Shown: one piece after another, positions 29,413-38,306 of the stretch
Layout of the letters: each line of letters opens with the position of its first letter
Position numbering within the stretch: position 1 is the first letter of the stretch
NCBI GenBank assembly: GCA_016937995.1
Contig: JAFGVM010000098.1
Coordinates: 1 to 62,397 of the forward strand
DNA length: 62,397 bases
Direction: 5' to 3'
Source of the DNA: Candidatus Delongbacteria bacterium
GTDB taxonomy: Bacteria; UBA4055
Program-made: the position numbers and the translations under genes
The notes under the pieces: model-generated
The model's database searches: none
What the model was told of the DNA's origin: nothing
The model's input: only the letters and a program-made list of their open reading frames with translations

Positions 29413-32400
29413 CTATTTTATTAGAAGCATTCGTTTTGTATCCAAAATATTCCCATTTATTTGCATAGAATAATAATAAACACCATTCGACAATTTTGAA
29501 CCTTCAAATAATATACGGTGATATCCTGCATTCTGTTTATCATTAACTAGTTTATCTACAATATTTCCATTCGAATTGTATATTTTAATACATACATTTG
29601 CGTCATTTGGAAGAGCATATTTAATTTCAGTGATCGGATTAAATGGATTAGGATAATTTTGATATAATATGAATTTAGTAGGTAACACAGATTCTGTAAT
29701 ATCGGTTTGCTCTCCATCTTGATTATCTTCACCCAGTTTAGCAAGTAAATCATTGATAATTGAAGAATTTGCGGATTTAATTTTAGTTTCTGCATCTTTC
29801 ATCATATTAGATATTGCAATATCAATCTCACAAAGTATTTTTTCTTCTTCAGTTTGTGCATCCGCAAGCATTTCTTTAGAAATATTAATCGCATCGTCGT
29901 ATTTTTTACTTCTGATATTAGTTGAGACTTTCATTTCTTTAAAAAATACTTTATTGGTTACTTCATCAGATTCTATACTTGAATCGTATACCTTTAACAG
30001 TGGCTCAAGATCTTCTTCAGCTTTTTCGTAAACATATGGTAATCTTGCAGAAGCGACATAAGAAGCTGTTGTTGAATCATACTTAGATATAATCTTTTCA
30101 TATAATTTTATTGCAGGTTTTAAATTACCATCAATTTCTAGTCGAATTGCATTATCAAGCATTATTGAACCTGGATCTGGTTCTACTCCAGGGCTATATA
30201 TAACTGGAATAATTGTATCAATTTTATAAGGTTCAGGAGAAGCGTTATTATAAGATATTAAATATCCATCGCTTGTATTAGGAGTTCCCATATCCCAAAG
30301 GTCAAAGAAATGAGTGAAATTATCATCTATACCAGTTTCTTTCATTCCCCAATAATTATAATCAGCATCGATAACAACTTTGACTGGCATTGCTACTTTT
30401 GATTCTGCAAAATAGCTTGCACCTCTGATACATGGTATTTCTGGAACAGTTCCTTCGACTCCTGAATAAATATTATTATAACCGAATCCCATTGAAATAC
30501 CAGCAGAATACTTCAAATAGATCTGAGCACTTTTCGAATATTCAGTTCCTATCCCATTATCGAATATTTCATTGTTTAGTTCTGCTTTACTGGTAAGATA
30601 ATTTTTAAGTTCAGGAAAAGTATTATACCCCTCAATGTATAAACCATAATTTATATTGTCTTTTATTATATTCTTTGATAAAACTGGAGCACTACAAGAT
30701 ATAAGTTTGACTCCATTTTGAAACTCTTTAATGGTGTTATCAAACAGATCAATTTGTGACTGAACTAAAGTTATTCCACATCCAGTTCCTTTTCCTATTA
30801 AGTAATTATCAATTAAAGCTTCAGAATTACAATTCACAAATAAAATACCGTTCTCACAATCAATAAATGAAGAATAATTTATACTTACATTTGCATCAGT
30901 AGCATCTAAAGCACAAGCGGCATTTGTTATAGTCGTATGTGATAAAATAACTGTACTTCCGATTTCCGCTGTTATTCCCTGCCAGTTGTCATCTCCGGTT
31001 ATCGAAACATTTGTTAGGTCTAAAACTGCTCCATTTTTTACCGTAATTTTTGAATTAGATCTGGCTTCAACTTTCATATTAGGTAAAAATATGATATCAT
31101 CATCCGGTTCTATTATTAGCTCTGTTTCAGGTTGTAAGACTAACTTTAATTTATCATAAAACTGCCCCGAAGTTAAATCCAAATAATTTTCTATGTATTC
31201 AGATGCATCTATCTCATACATTAATTCTAATTGATCTGTAGGTGGATTTGGTTTGGCTCTAACTAACTTGAATAATGATATACTTGTTGTATTTTCTATT
31301 GAAGGTGATTCATTATAAGTATTGTTATGTAAAATTGCCAGCTCATCAAAATTATTATCATCTTTTATAAAATCGTCAGCAACAATTTTTCGTATATCTC
31401 TTGAATCTAAAGCTGGAATTGTTATAGCATATGTATCGAAGAAAAATTCCTTTTCAAAAAAGTCATAATAACAATTAAACACTTTGTTTTCATAAATTTC
31501 ATGAGTTGGTGATATACCCTGAAAAACCAGAATTAAAATATCATTGTTTTCATGGAAAGATGTAATATCCCTGAACGAGTAGTCTTCATTTGAAACAATA
31601 GTTTCACAATCATCAATTATTTTTTTTACTGTGCCTTTGTCAATACTTCGTGTAATTATTTTATATCCATCGCATAATACAATATCTTTGATATTGTCAT
31701 TGTTAAAATCTCCTATAGCAATTGAAACTTCATCAATCAGTGCTTCAGAAGTAAGATCATAATTATATAGTTGAGTTCCGTCACTAACATCAATTACTAA
31801 AAAATTATTTTTCCCTGCTACTATAATCTCTTTAAGTCCATCATTATTTACATTAAGAGACTCAATATCACTGTAATCATTGTCCCATCCTAAAGATATT
31901 TGTTTCGAATAATTTGATTCTCCAAGTTTGTAAAAATATAATGAAGTGAAAAATCCGTCACTATACAGCACAACTTGCTCATCAATTCCATCATTATCGT
32001 AGTCGCAGGATGTTGTTGCAATAAAATCATAAGAAGAGGTAAAGTCTGTAGTTACATTCGTTTTTATTGTGTGTTGATCTGGATCTTCAGGATCATAATG
32101 AAGTAATTTTTTAGTATTATCAAAAACAGCAAGACGAGGTTTAAGGTGATCTGTTACATAATCAGGACAAGGTGCTTGATTAACATTTATAGTGTTGTAT
32201 GGTGGATCATTAAAAGTTACTGGATTTTGAACAAACGATGATAATAGAGAAGTTAAACTTATAACTGCAGTTCTCTCAGCAAAATCAAGATAATACTCAT
32301 TAACACTAAAATTTGTTTCACCTGGAGGTACAATGATACTAGAATTTTGGCTCGTAATTTGAACCCATGATGGTAAAGTACTCATATCTATGGAGTAATC

Positions 32401-34626
32401 AACATCAAGGATATTGGCTAAGTCTGTTTTGCGTACTTGGATAACATCAGATTGCTCAAGACTTGTAAAATTAAATTCACTATTTTCAATGTAAAGACCA
32501 GAAGGTGCTCTATCTTGATTGATTATAATTTCACTATTTTCGATTGCCCATTTGGACTTAATTATCACAGAACAATTTCTTTGTGCATCAGTGTTGTTTT
32601 TATCAATGCTAATAGTAAAATTATCATTAGTAATACCTTCATTCTTACTTAAATGAATCCATGTGCAGTCACTTTCAATTTGGTAGTCAAATGGTTTATC
32701 TGAATGATCACCAATGTTACTTACATCAATTACAATATTTTTAGCAGAGGCATTTGTAATAATTTCCGTTTCAGAAAGTTGGATTAAAACATTATCATAA
32801 AATCCTACTGTTGTATATCCAAATTTCATTTCTCCAACAGCTGTTGTTAATCCAAGTAATTTAGGTTCAAGAGTCCATATTTTATAATTTCGAGATTCTA
32901 ATATGGCTGTATTATCATCCTCGTCTATTGAAATAACATAGCAGTCTCCATACGAAGGTTCTGATATAGAAACAGAACCTGTTCCACTATTATTCCCCCA
33001 TATTTCAACACGTGAAAAACCTTCTGGCAAATTTACTTTTTTTCTCCATTTTGCCCAAGTATGCAAGTGAATACCTGGTGAATTGTTATTATAGCTAACC
33101 GTATTAAAAGGTACATTTATTATACACTCAGTAGGATTATCCTCGCTATCTTCAATCCAATAACCATTCCCATCAGATATTCCTTCAACATGGTGTTCAA
33201 TATTACCATATAATACATATTCAATAGCTGATTTAGCATCCAGCCTCCCATACCCTTCACGATCTGTATAATTTTGTCCGTTCATTTCGGATGTTTTAAA
33301 GGCTGTTCTAGTTATAATCTCATGTAAATCTTCAGAGTAGAGATTATAGTTAAGTGATAGTAATAAAGCTGCGACTCCAGCAACATGTGGTGCTGCGGCA
33401 GAAGTTCCTTCAAAAGGCTGAGGCACAGAACCTAAAGCGGTTGTAAAAATTTCACCAGCTGTACCTGGTGCCAATATATCCATGCCATTACCATAATTAG
33501 AACTACCTTCTTCAAAGGAAGCCAAACAATCATATCTATCTGATGCTCCAACAGACATAATATAGCTACTAAAATCAGAAGGTACATGCCAATCAGAAGT
33601 ACCATCATTCCCCTTGGCAGCTGAAATGAAAACACCTCTTCTAATAGCTAACATAGTTGCATCCTGTAAGGCATAAAAACCTTCATCTGCCCAAATAATA
33701 TTATTCCATGATTGCGTGCCAAAACTCATATTTATAATATCACAAGAAAAATTGCTTGATGCTATTTCAATTGCATTTGCTGCAGAACAATAGTCAATCT
33801 GATCAACCTCATCAAGCATATTTGCCTTTAGCCCAACTAAACTACAATCACCAGCAATACCTGCCACATCAAATTTATTATTTGTATAGGCAGCTACGAT
33901 CCCCGCGACTCTAGTGCCGTGTCCATGAGTATCCATACAATCACTATTAATAACACCGTATGAATTAATCCCTGAGACAACTTTAGCTGTTTCTGTGTAC
34001 AAATCTCCATCTCCTAAATCTCTATTATTGTAATCAATACCTGTATCTAAAATACCTATTCGAATATTTGGATTGCCATTCCTAATGTTGGAATTACCAT
34101 AGTAATCATTATCTAACCATAGATTTGTCAATCCTATTAATCTGAATGAATCTTGATTATTATAATATTCGTCGTTTGGATAATAATGTAAATCTAAAAT
34201 GTAGTTTGGTTCTGCGTACTCAATATAAATTATATTATTGAGTTCTTTACACAAGTTAATGATATTATCCTCTGAATCGAGAGTAAATACAACGGTGTTG
34301 TATAAATTTGTATTATCAATAATTTTACCTGATTTTGTTACTACATTTTTTGTGCTAGGTTTTAAAGCAGTAAAAACTTTGCTAACAGTTGTAGTTTTGT
34401 TTAAGAATAAATTTAATGAATCACCTTTTGTGACATATTCCTGATTAATAACATCAATGGAATTCATAGATACTTTATCACTTTCTAGGAATTCATAATT
34501 CAAAATATCATCTTTAAATTTTACGATTACCTGATTATTTACATAATTTAACCCTTTCTGACAATAGAGATTTGTTGCGTATATTATCAGAAAAATTAAA
34601 AATGTTATTATTCTATTCAACTTCAT
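29413..34626 (-). CDS. Large secreted S8 (subtilisin-family) serine peptidase with accessory domains and T9SS sorting domain
   Basis: Signal peptide; catalytic triad motifs ILDTGID, HGHGTRVAG, GTSAAAPHVAG; BACON-like and FG-GAP-like (GDFNND) repeats, beta-helix-like and TPR-like regions; C-terminal QNYPNPFNP...RMLLIK. Confidence 0.88.
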   Translation of the reverse strand: MKLNRIITFLIFLIIYATNLYCQKGLNYVNNQVIVKFKDDILNYEFLESDKVSMNSIDVINQEYVTKGDSLNLFLNKTTTVSKVFTALKPSTKNVVTKSGKIIDNTNLYNTVVFTLDSEDNIINLCKELNNIIYIEYAEPNYILDLHYYPNDEYYNNQDSFRLIGLTNLWLDNDYYGNSNIRNGNPNIRIGILDTGIDYNNRDLGDGDLYTETAKVVSGINSYGVINSDCMDTHGHGTRVAGIVAAYTNNKFDVAGIAGDCSLVGLKANMLDEVDQIDYCSAANAIEIASSNFSCDIINMSFGTQSWNNIIWADEGFYALQDATMLAIRRGVFISAAKGNDGTSDWHVPSDFSSYIMSVGASDRYDCLASFEEGSSNYGNGMDILAPGTAGEIFTTALGSVPQPFEGTSAAAPHVAGVAALLLSLNYNLYSEDLHEIITRTAFKTSEMNGQNYTDREGYGRLDAKSAIEYVLYGNIEHHVEGISDGNGYWIEDSEDNPTECIINVPFNTVSYNNNSPGIHLHTWAKWRKKVNLPEGFSRVEIWGNNSGTGSVSISEPSYGDCYVISIDEDDNTAILESRNYKIWTLEPKLLGLTTAVGEMKFGYTTVGFYDNVLIQLSETEIITNASAKNIVIDVSNIGDHSDKPFDYQIESDCTWIHLSKNEGITNDNFTISIDKNNTDAQRNCSVIIKSKWAIENSEIIINQDRAPSGLYIENSEFNFTSLEQSDVIQVRKTDLANILDVDYSIDMSTLPSWVQITSQNSSIIVPPGETNFSVNEYYLDFAERTAVISLTSLLSSFVQNPVTFNDPPYNTINVNQAPCPDYVTDHLKPRLAVFDNTKKLLHYDPEDPDQHTIKTNVTTDFTSSYDFIATTSCDYDNDGIDEQVVLYSDGFFTSLYFYKLGESNYSKQISLGWDNDYSDIESLNVNNDGLKEIIVAGKNNFLVIDVSDGTQLYNYDLTSEALIDEVSIAIGDFNNDNIKDIVLCDGYKIITRSIDKGTVKKIIDDCETIVSNEDYSFRDITSFHENNDILILVFQGISPTHEIYENKVFNCYYDFFEKEFFFDTYAITIPALDSRDIRKIVADDFIKDDNNFDELAILHNNTYNESPSIENTTSISLFKLVRAKPNPPTDQLELMYEIDASEYIENYLDLTSGQFYDKLKLVLQPETELIIEPDDDIIFLPNMKVEARSNSKITVKNGAVLDLTNVSITGDDNWQGITAEIGSTVILSHTTITNAACALDATDANVSINYSSFIDCENGILFVNCNSEALIDNYLIGKGTGCGITLVQSQIDLFDNTIKEFQNGVKLISCSAPVLSKNIIKDNINYGLYIEGYNTFPELKNYLTSKAELNNEIFDNGIGTEYSKSAQIYLKYSAGISMGFGYNNIYSGVEGTVPEIPCIRGASYFAESKVAMPVKVVIDADYNYWGMKETGIDDNFTHFFDLWDMGTPNTSDGYLISYNNASPEPYKIDTIIPVIYSPGVEPDPGSIMLDNAIRLEIDGNLKPAIKLYEKIISKYDSTTASYVASARLPYVYEKAEEDLEPLLKVYDSSIESDEVTNKVFFKEMKVSTNIRSKKYDDAINISKEMLADAQTEEEKILCEIDIAISNMMKDAETKIKSANSSIINDLLAKLGEDNQDGEQTDITESVLPTKFILYQNYPNPFNPITEIKYALPNDANVCIKIYNSNGNIVDKLVNDKQNAGYHRILFEGSKLSNGVYYYSMQINGNILDTKRMLLIK

Positions 34627-34628
34627 AA

Positions 34629-35318
34629 TTACCATAAACCAACCCCCAATCCAAATTTAAGAAAAAATCCGTCCGGATTAACAAAATCATCATTACCTTC
34701 AAGAGGTTTTAAATGAGAACCATCCACTGAATCAAAAGCATATAATTCTATAAATTTATTGTCTTTTAAATAAAATGAATACAATTTATATCCAACTTGA
34801 AAATCCAAGAAAATCGTATCTCTAAAAAAATAATTTAATCCATAAATTAAATCAATCCCGATTGCCATCATCCAATCTCCATTGTTTAATTCAAGGTAAA
34901 AAGGTGGTTCAACGCGAGAGATAAAGATATAATCATAACCCCATTTGCCATTGGGACCTGTATATCTGAGAACTTTAGAATCTAAGTTAACATTCCAATA
35001 ATATTGAAATGATTTCAAAATTTTAATATCATTCACTTTTTTTATACCAAAACTGAATTCCAATGGAAACCAATCAGGAACAAGATAATAATTTAATTTA
35101 CCTACGATTCTCCAAGGTGTTTTTTTTGAATATTCAATATCTAATCCAAACGAAGGTGAGTAATCATAAGCATCCAAGATATCATTGTTATACGTGTTAA
35201 ATGAATTGATGCAAAAATTAGGTAAAATGAAAAGTTTTATAGATTTATTTAAGTCAATTTCCGCTCTTATTAATTGACAAAATAAAAGAATAACAGTAAT
35301 ACATAGTAATTTTTTCAT
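34629..35318 (-). CDS. Putative outer-membrane beta-barrel protein
   Basis: Signal peptide; amphipathic strands; C-terminal beta-signal-like KFGLGVGLW. Confidence 0.6.
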   Translation of the reverse strand: MKKLLCITVILLFCQLIRAEIDLNKSIKLFILPNFCINSFNTYNNDILDAYDYSPSFGLDIEYSKKTPWRIVGKLNYYLVPDWFPLEFSFGIKKVNDIKILKSFQYYWNVNLDSKVLRYTGPNGKWGYDYIFISRVEPPFYLELNNGDWMMAIGIDLIYGLNYFFRDTIFLDFQVGYKLYSFYLKDNKFIELYAFDSVDGSHLKPLEGNDDFVNPDGFFLKFGLGVGLW

Positions 35319-35462
35319 ATTTTTCCCAAATTTAATTACTTTTATTGTTTACTCACCAAACCTTGAAATGAATTGGTTAGAAACAGGGTCTCGACACTAC
35401 AATTTGATCGTTTTTGTTAGAGTTGAATGGAAATCGCATCCTACTGTAAACTATCAACTGTT

Positions 35463-37166
35463 TTATTCATCATCAAGAGTGGATGTATCCCCGATCTCTT
35501 CTCCCCATTCTTTAGCTCTAAGCATTCTTCTCATGATCTTTCCGCTACGGGTCTTAGGTAGTTTTTCCATATATTCGATCTCTTGAGGCATTGCTAAAGG
35601 AGATAATTTTTTTCTGATAAAATTCATGATCTTCAATTCAAGATCATCATCTGCTACAAATCCCGGATTCAAAGTAACGAAAGCCTTTACTACTTCCATA
35701 TTCACCTCATCAGGCTTTGCGACAACAGCTGATTCTGCTACTGCTTCATGCTCAAGAAGAGCTGACTCAACTTCGAAAGGACTTACTAAGTGACCACCTG
35801 TATTGATCACATCGTCATCTCTACCTACGAACCAGAAATATCCATCTTTATCAATAGTTGATTTATCTCCAGGAAGATACCAACCGTTCACGAATTTCTT
35901 TTTATAAGTCTCTTCATTACCCCAGTATGTTCTCATCATTGATGGCCATCCCGGTTTAAAACCGATAAGTCCCGGTTTATTTGGTTCTGTTATAGGTTCG
36001 AATGTTTTTTCATCGAGAACTGCTGCTATGATACCAGGGAAAGGTTTTCCCATTGATCCCGGCTTTATTTTCATCCCCGGATAATTTGTAAGCATCATTG
36101 ATCCGGTTTCAGTTTGCCAGTATGTATCATAGAACGGCATACCATAAACTTTCTCTGACCAGATCACTGCTTCAGCGTTCAGTGGCTCACCAACACTTGC
36201 TATATGTCTAAGAGAAGAAAGGTCATGCTGCTTTATCAGGTCATCACCGGCTTTCATCAGTGATCTGATCGCTGTAGGTGCTGAATACCACATAGAGACC
36301 TTATTTTTTTCTATGAATTTATACCATGATTCCGCTGAAAAACCGGTATCAAGAACACATTGTGTTATTCCCTGGCTCCATGGGCCAATAATCCCGTAAG
36401 AAGTACCTGTTACCCATCCGGGATCAGCTGTACACCAGTAGATGTCATCATCCTGAAGGTCCAATACCCATTTTGCTGTTAAATACTGAGATATTATCGA
36501 GTAATGAACATGCTTTACTCCCTTAGGTTGTCCAGTTGTACCTGAAGTATAATGCAAAAGTGAAGGGGATTCTGCTTTTGTAGGGAATATCTCGAATTCA
36601 TCTATCTTTTCAGCTTCTTCAAGATTAAAGACAGTTTCTCTTTCTTTCAATGGTTTTTTCCCGTCATGATCAACTATGATAATGTGCTCAAGGTATGGCA
36701 TCTGCTCAAGTATTCTTCTCACTTTGCTTACATGCTTTCTCTGAGTGATGATAGCTTTAGTTTGTGCATTTTCTAATCTAACATGTAATGATTCATCGCC
36801 AAAAGCTGAAAATAAAGGTTGTGCTATAGCACCGATCTTGAGCACACCCAGAAAGCTCAAATAAAGCTCAGGTATTTTGTCCATGAATAGACATACTCTG
36901 TCCTCATTCTTTATACCTAAACCCCTGAGGTGATGACCTATTGTGTTACTTGCCAATCTTACATCGTTGAAAGTATATTTTTTTTCTACTCCTCCGAGTC
37001 CTTCCCAGATAAGCGCCATTTTTTCACCTTTACCTTTGATGCAATTTCTGTCAGAGCAGTACCAGCCTATATTAATTACATCGCCATCCTTGTACTCCAA
37101 TTCCTCTTCAGCTAACTTCCAGCTGAAATCTTTGATCCTTTCTTCGTATGAACCTATGTTTGACAT
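35463..37166 (-). CDS. acsA: AMP-forming acetate/short-chain acyl ligase (AcsA-like)
   Basis: YTSGTTGQPKG, WCTADPGWVTG, VGEPLN, YWQTETG, GRDDD, LPKTRSGKIMRR. Confidence 0.88.
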   Translation of the reverse strand: MSNIGSYEERIKDFSWKLAEEELEYKDGDVINIGWYCSDRNCIKGKGEKMALIWEGLGGVEKKYTFNDVRLASNTIGHHLRGLGIKNEDRVCLFMDKIPELYLSFLGVLKIGAIAQPLFSAFGDESLHVRLENAQTKAIITQRKHVSKVRRILEQMPYLEHIIIVDHDGKKPLKERETVFNLEEAEKIDEFEIFPTKAESPSLLHYTSGTTGQPKGVKHVHYSIISQYLTAKWVLDLQDDDIYWCTADPGWVTGTSYGIIGPWSQGITQCVLDTGFSAESWYKFIEKNKVSMWYSAPTAIRSLMKAGDDLIKQHDLSSLRHIASVGEPLNAEAVIWSEKVYGMPFYDTYWQTETGSMMLTNYPGMKIKPGSMGKPFPGIIAAVLDEKTFEPITEPNKPGLIGFKPGWPSMMRTYWGNEETYKKKFVNGWYLPGDKSTIDKDGYFWFVGRDDDVINTGGHLVSPFEVESALLEHEAVAESAVVAKPDEVNMEVVKAFVTLNPGFVADDDLELKIMNFIRKKLSPLAMPQEIEYMEKLPKTRSGKIMRRMLRAKEWGEEIGDTSTLDDE

Positions 37167-37432
37167 TCTGTTTACTCCTTATCGATTTTTATATTGCAAT
37201 TTCTAAAATTTTAATTCTGACTTCAGCAAACTGTCTTGAACCATAGTAACTTGAGCATAATCATTCAAGATAAATAATTTATAGTATTAATAAAGTATAA
37301 TCAAACAATTTTTATATTAATTTATGCATAAAATTTATTTGTTTTCCTAATATTGACACTCAGTTCTAAAAAAAAATATTAAGTATTTGCTTTTTATTTG
37401 ATTGTAAGAATATATTTACACCTGTGGGAGAT

Positions 37433-37450
37433 TTGTGAATTGTATCACAC
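37433..37450. promoter_or_regulatory. Rex/CRP-type palindromic operator between divergent acsA and actP-type operons
   Basis: TTGTGAATTGTATCACAC contains TGTGA-N6-TCACA and is close to the Rex consensus TTGTGAA-N4-TTCACAA; just downstream of candidate TTGCTT-N18-TATATT (37387-37416). Confidence 0.6.
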
Positions 37451-37509
37451 AACTTCAGACTGTAAAATAAATAAATATAAATTCGTAAACCTAAACCGTA
37501 GGGGGAAAA

Positions 37510-38289
37510 GTGGAAGAGCAAAAGGACTATAGGATAAGTTTCTTTAGACCCACCACACCATTTTCAAGGACCAATAGAAACCTTGTGATCATTCTGGTTC
37601 TGATATGGGCAATTTGTGTGTTCGGTTTTCAGATCCTTTTAAGGGTCATGGAGAAACCAACACCTGAAAAAGCACTCATTACTTTCGAGAAAGTATGGGG
37701 AAATGTTAAAGATGGTAGTGCAGTTGAATCAGAAAAAATAGAATTTGCAAACTCAGTTCTAATGGTATTGGGAAAATCGACACTGGCTGCAAAACCAGAA
37801 AAAAGAGCAGTCTTGGATAATGCTTTAAGCTGGGTTGTTTATGACCTGATGTCCGGAGATTCTTTAAGAAGTACATTTATTACTGAAATTGAAAACTTCG
37901 AAAAACAAAAAGCTAATGAAAATCTTGACTTGAAAGATGTGAATTATCTAAATGCCAAAACAAGCATAATTAACAGAGTTGCTCCGCTATTGGGAATTGA
38001 AACTTACAGCTTAAAAGCTAAACTTCTTCCTCATGAGCTTAAGTCTGATGGTCTTGTTGAATTCAAAGCGGAAAATAAAGAAAAAATACATTCAGTTATG
38101 AGTTTATATCTTACCCATAATCAATCTGTTCTTACTGATACAGTATTTCTTGGATTTCCGTTTCATTATTTCTATACCGCTGTTTTCCTGCTTATTCTAT
38201 TCGTTGTTCTATGCTGGGTTTATAGCTTTAAGATAGATAGATTACACACAAAATCAGGACACTTTAATAAACCTTCGGAATCTAATTAA
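37510..38289 (+). CDS. DUF4212-type symporter small subunit with large internal soluble insertion
   Basis: GTG start; two TM segments; C-terminal FLGFPFHYF...LILFVVLCWVY..KIDRL; directly upstream of an SSS transporter. Confidence 0.75.
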   Translation: MEEQKDYRISFFRPTTPFSRTNRNLVIILVLIWAICVFGFQILLRVMEKPTPEKALITFEKVWGNVKDGSAVESEKIEFANSVLMVLGKSTLAAKPEKRAVLDNALSWVVYDLMSGDSLRSTFITEIENFEKQKANENLDLKDVNYLNAKTSIINRVAPLLGIETYSLKAKLLPHELKSDGLVEFKAENKEKIHSVMSLYLTHNQSVLTDTVFLGFPFHYFYTAVFLLILFVVLCWVYSFKIDRLHTKSGHFNKPSESN

Positions 38290-38306
38290 AAATTTGAGGA
38301 AATATA

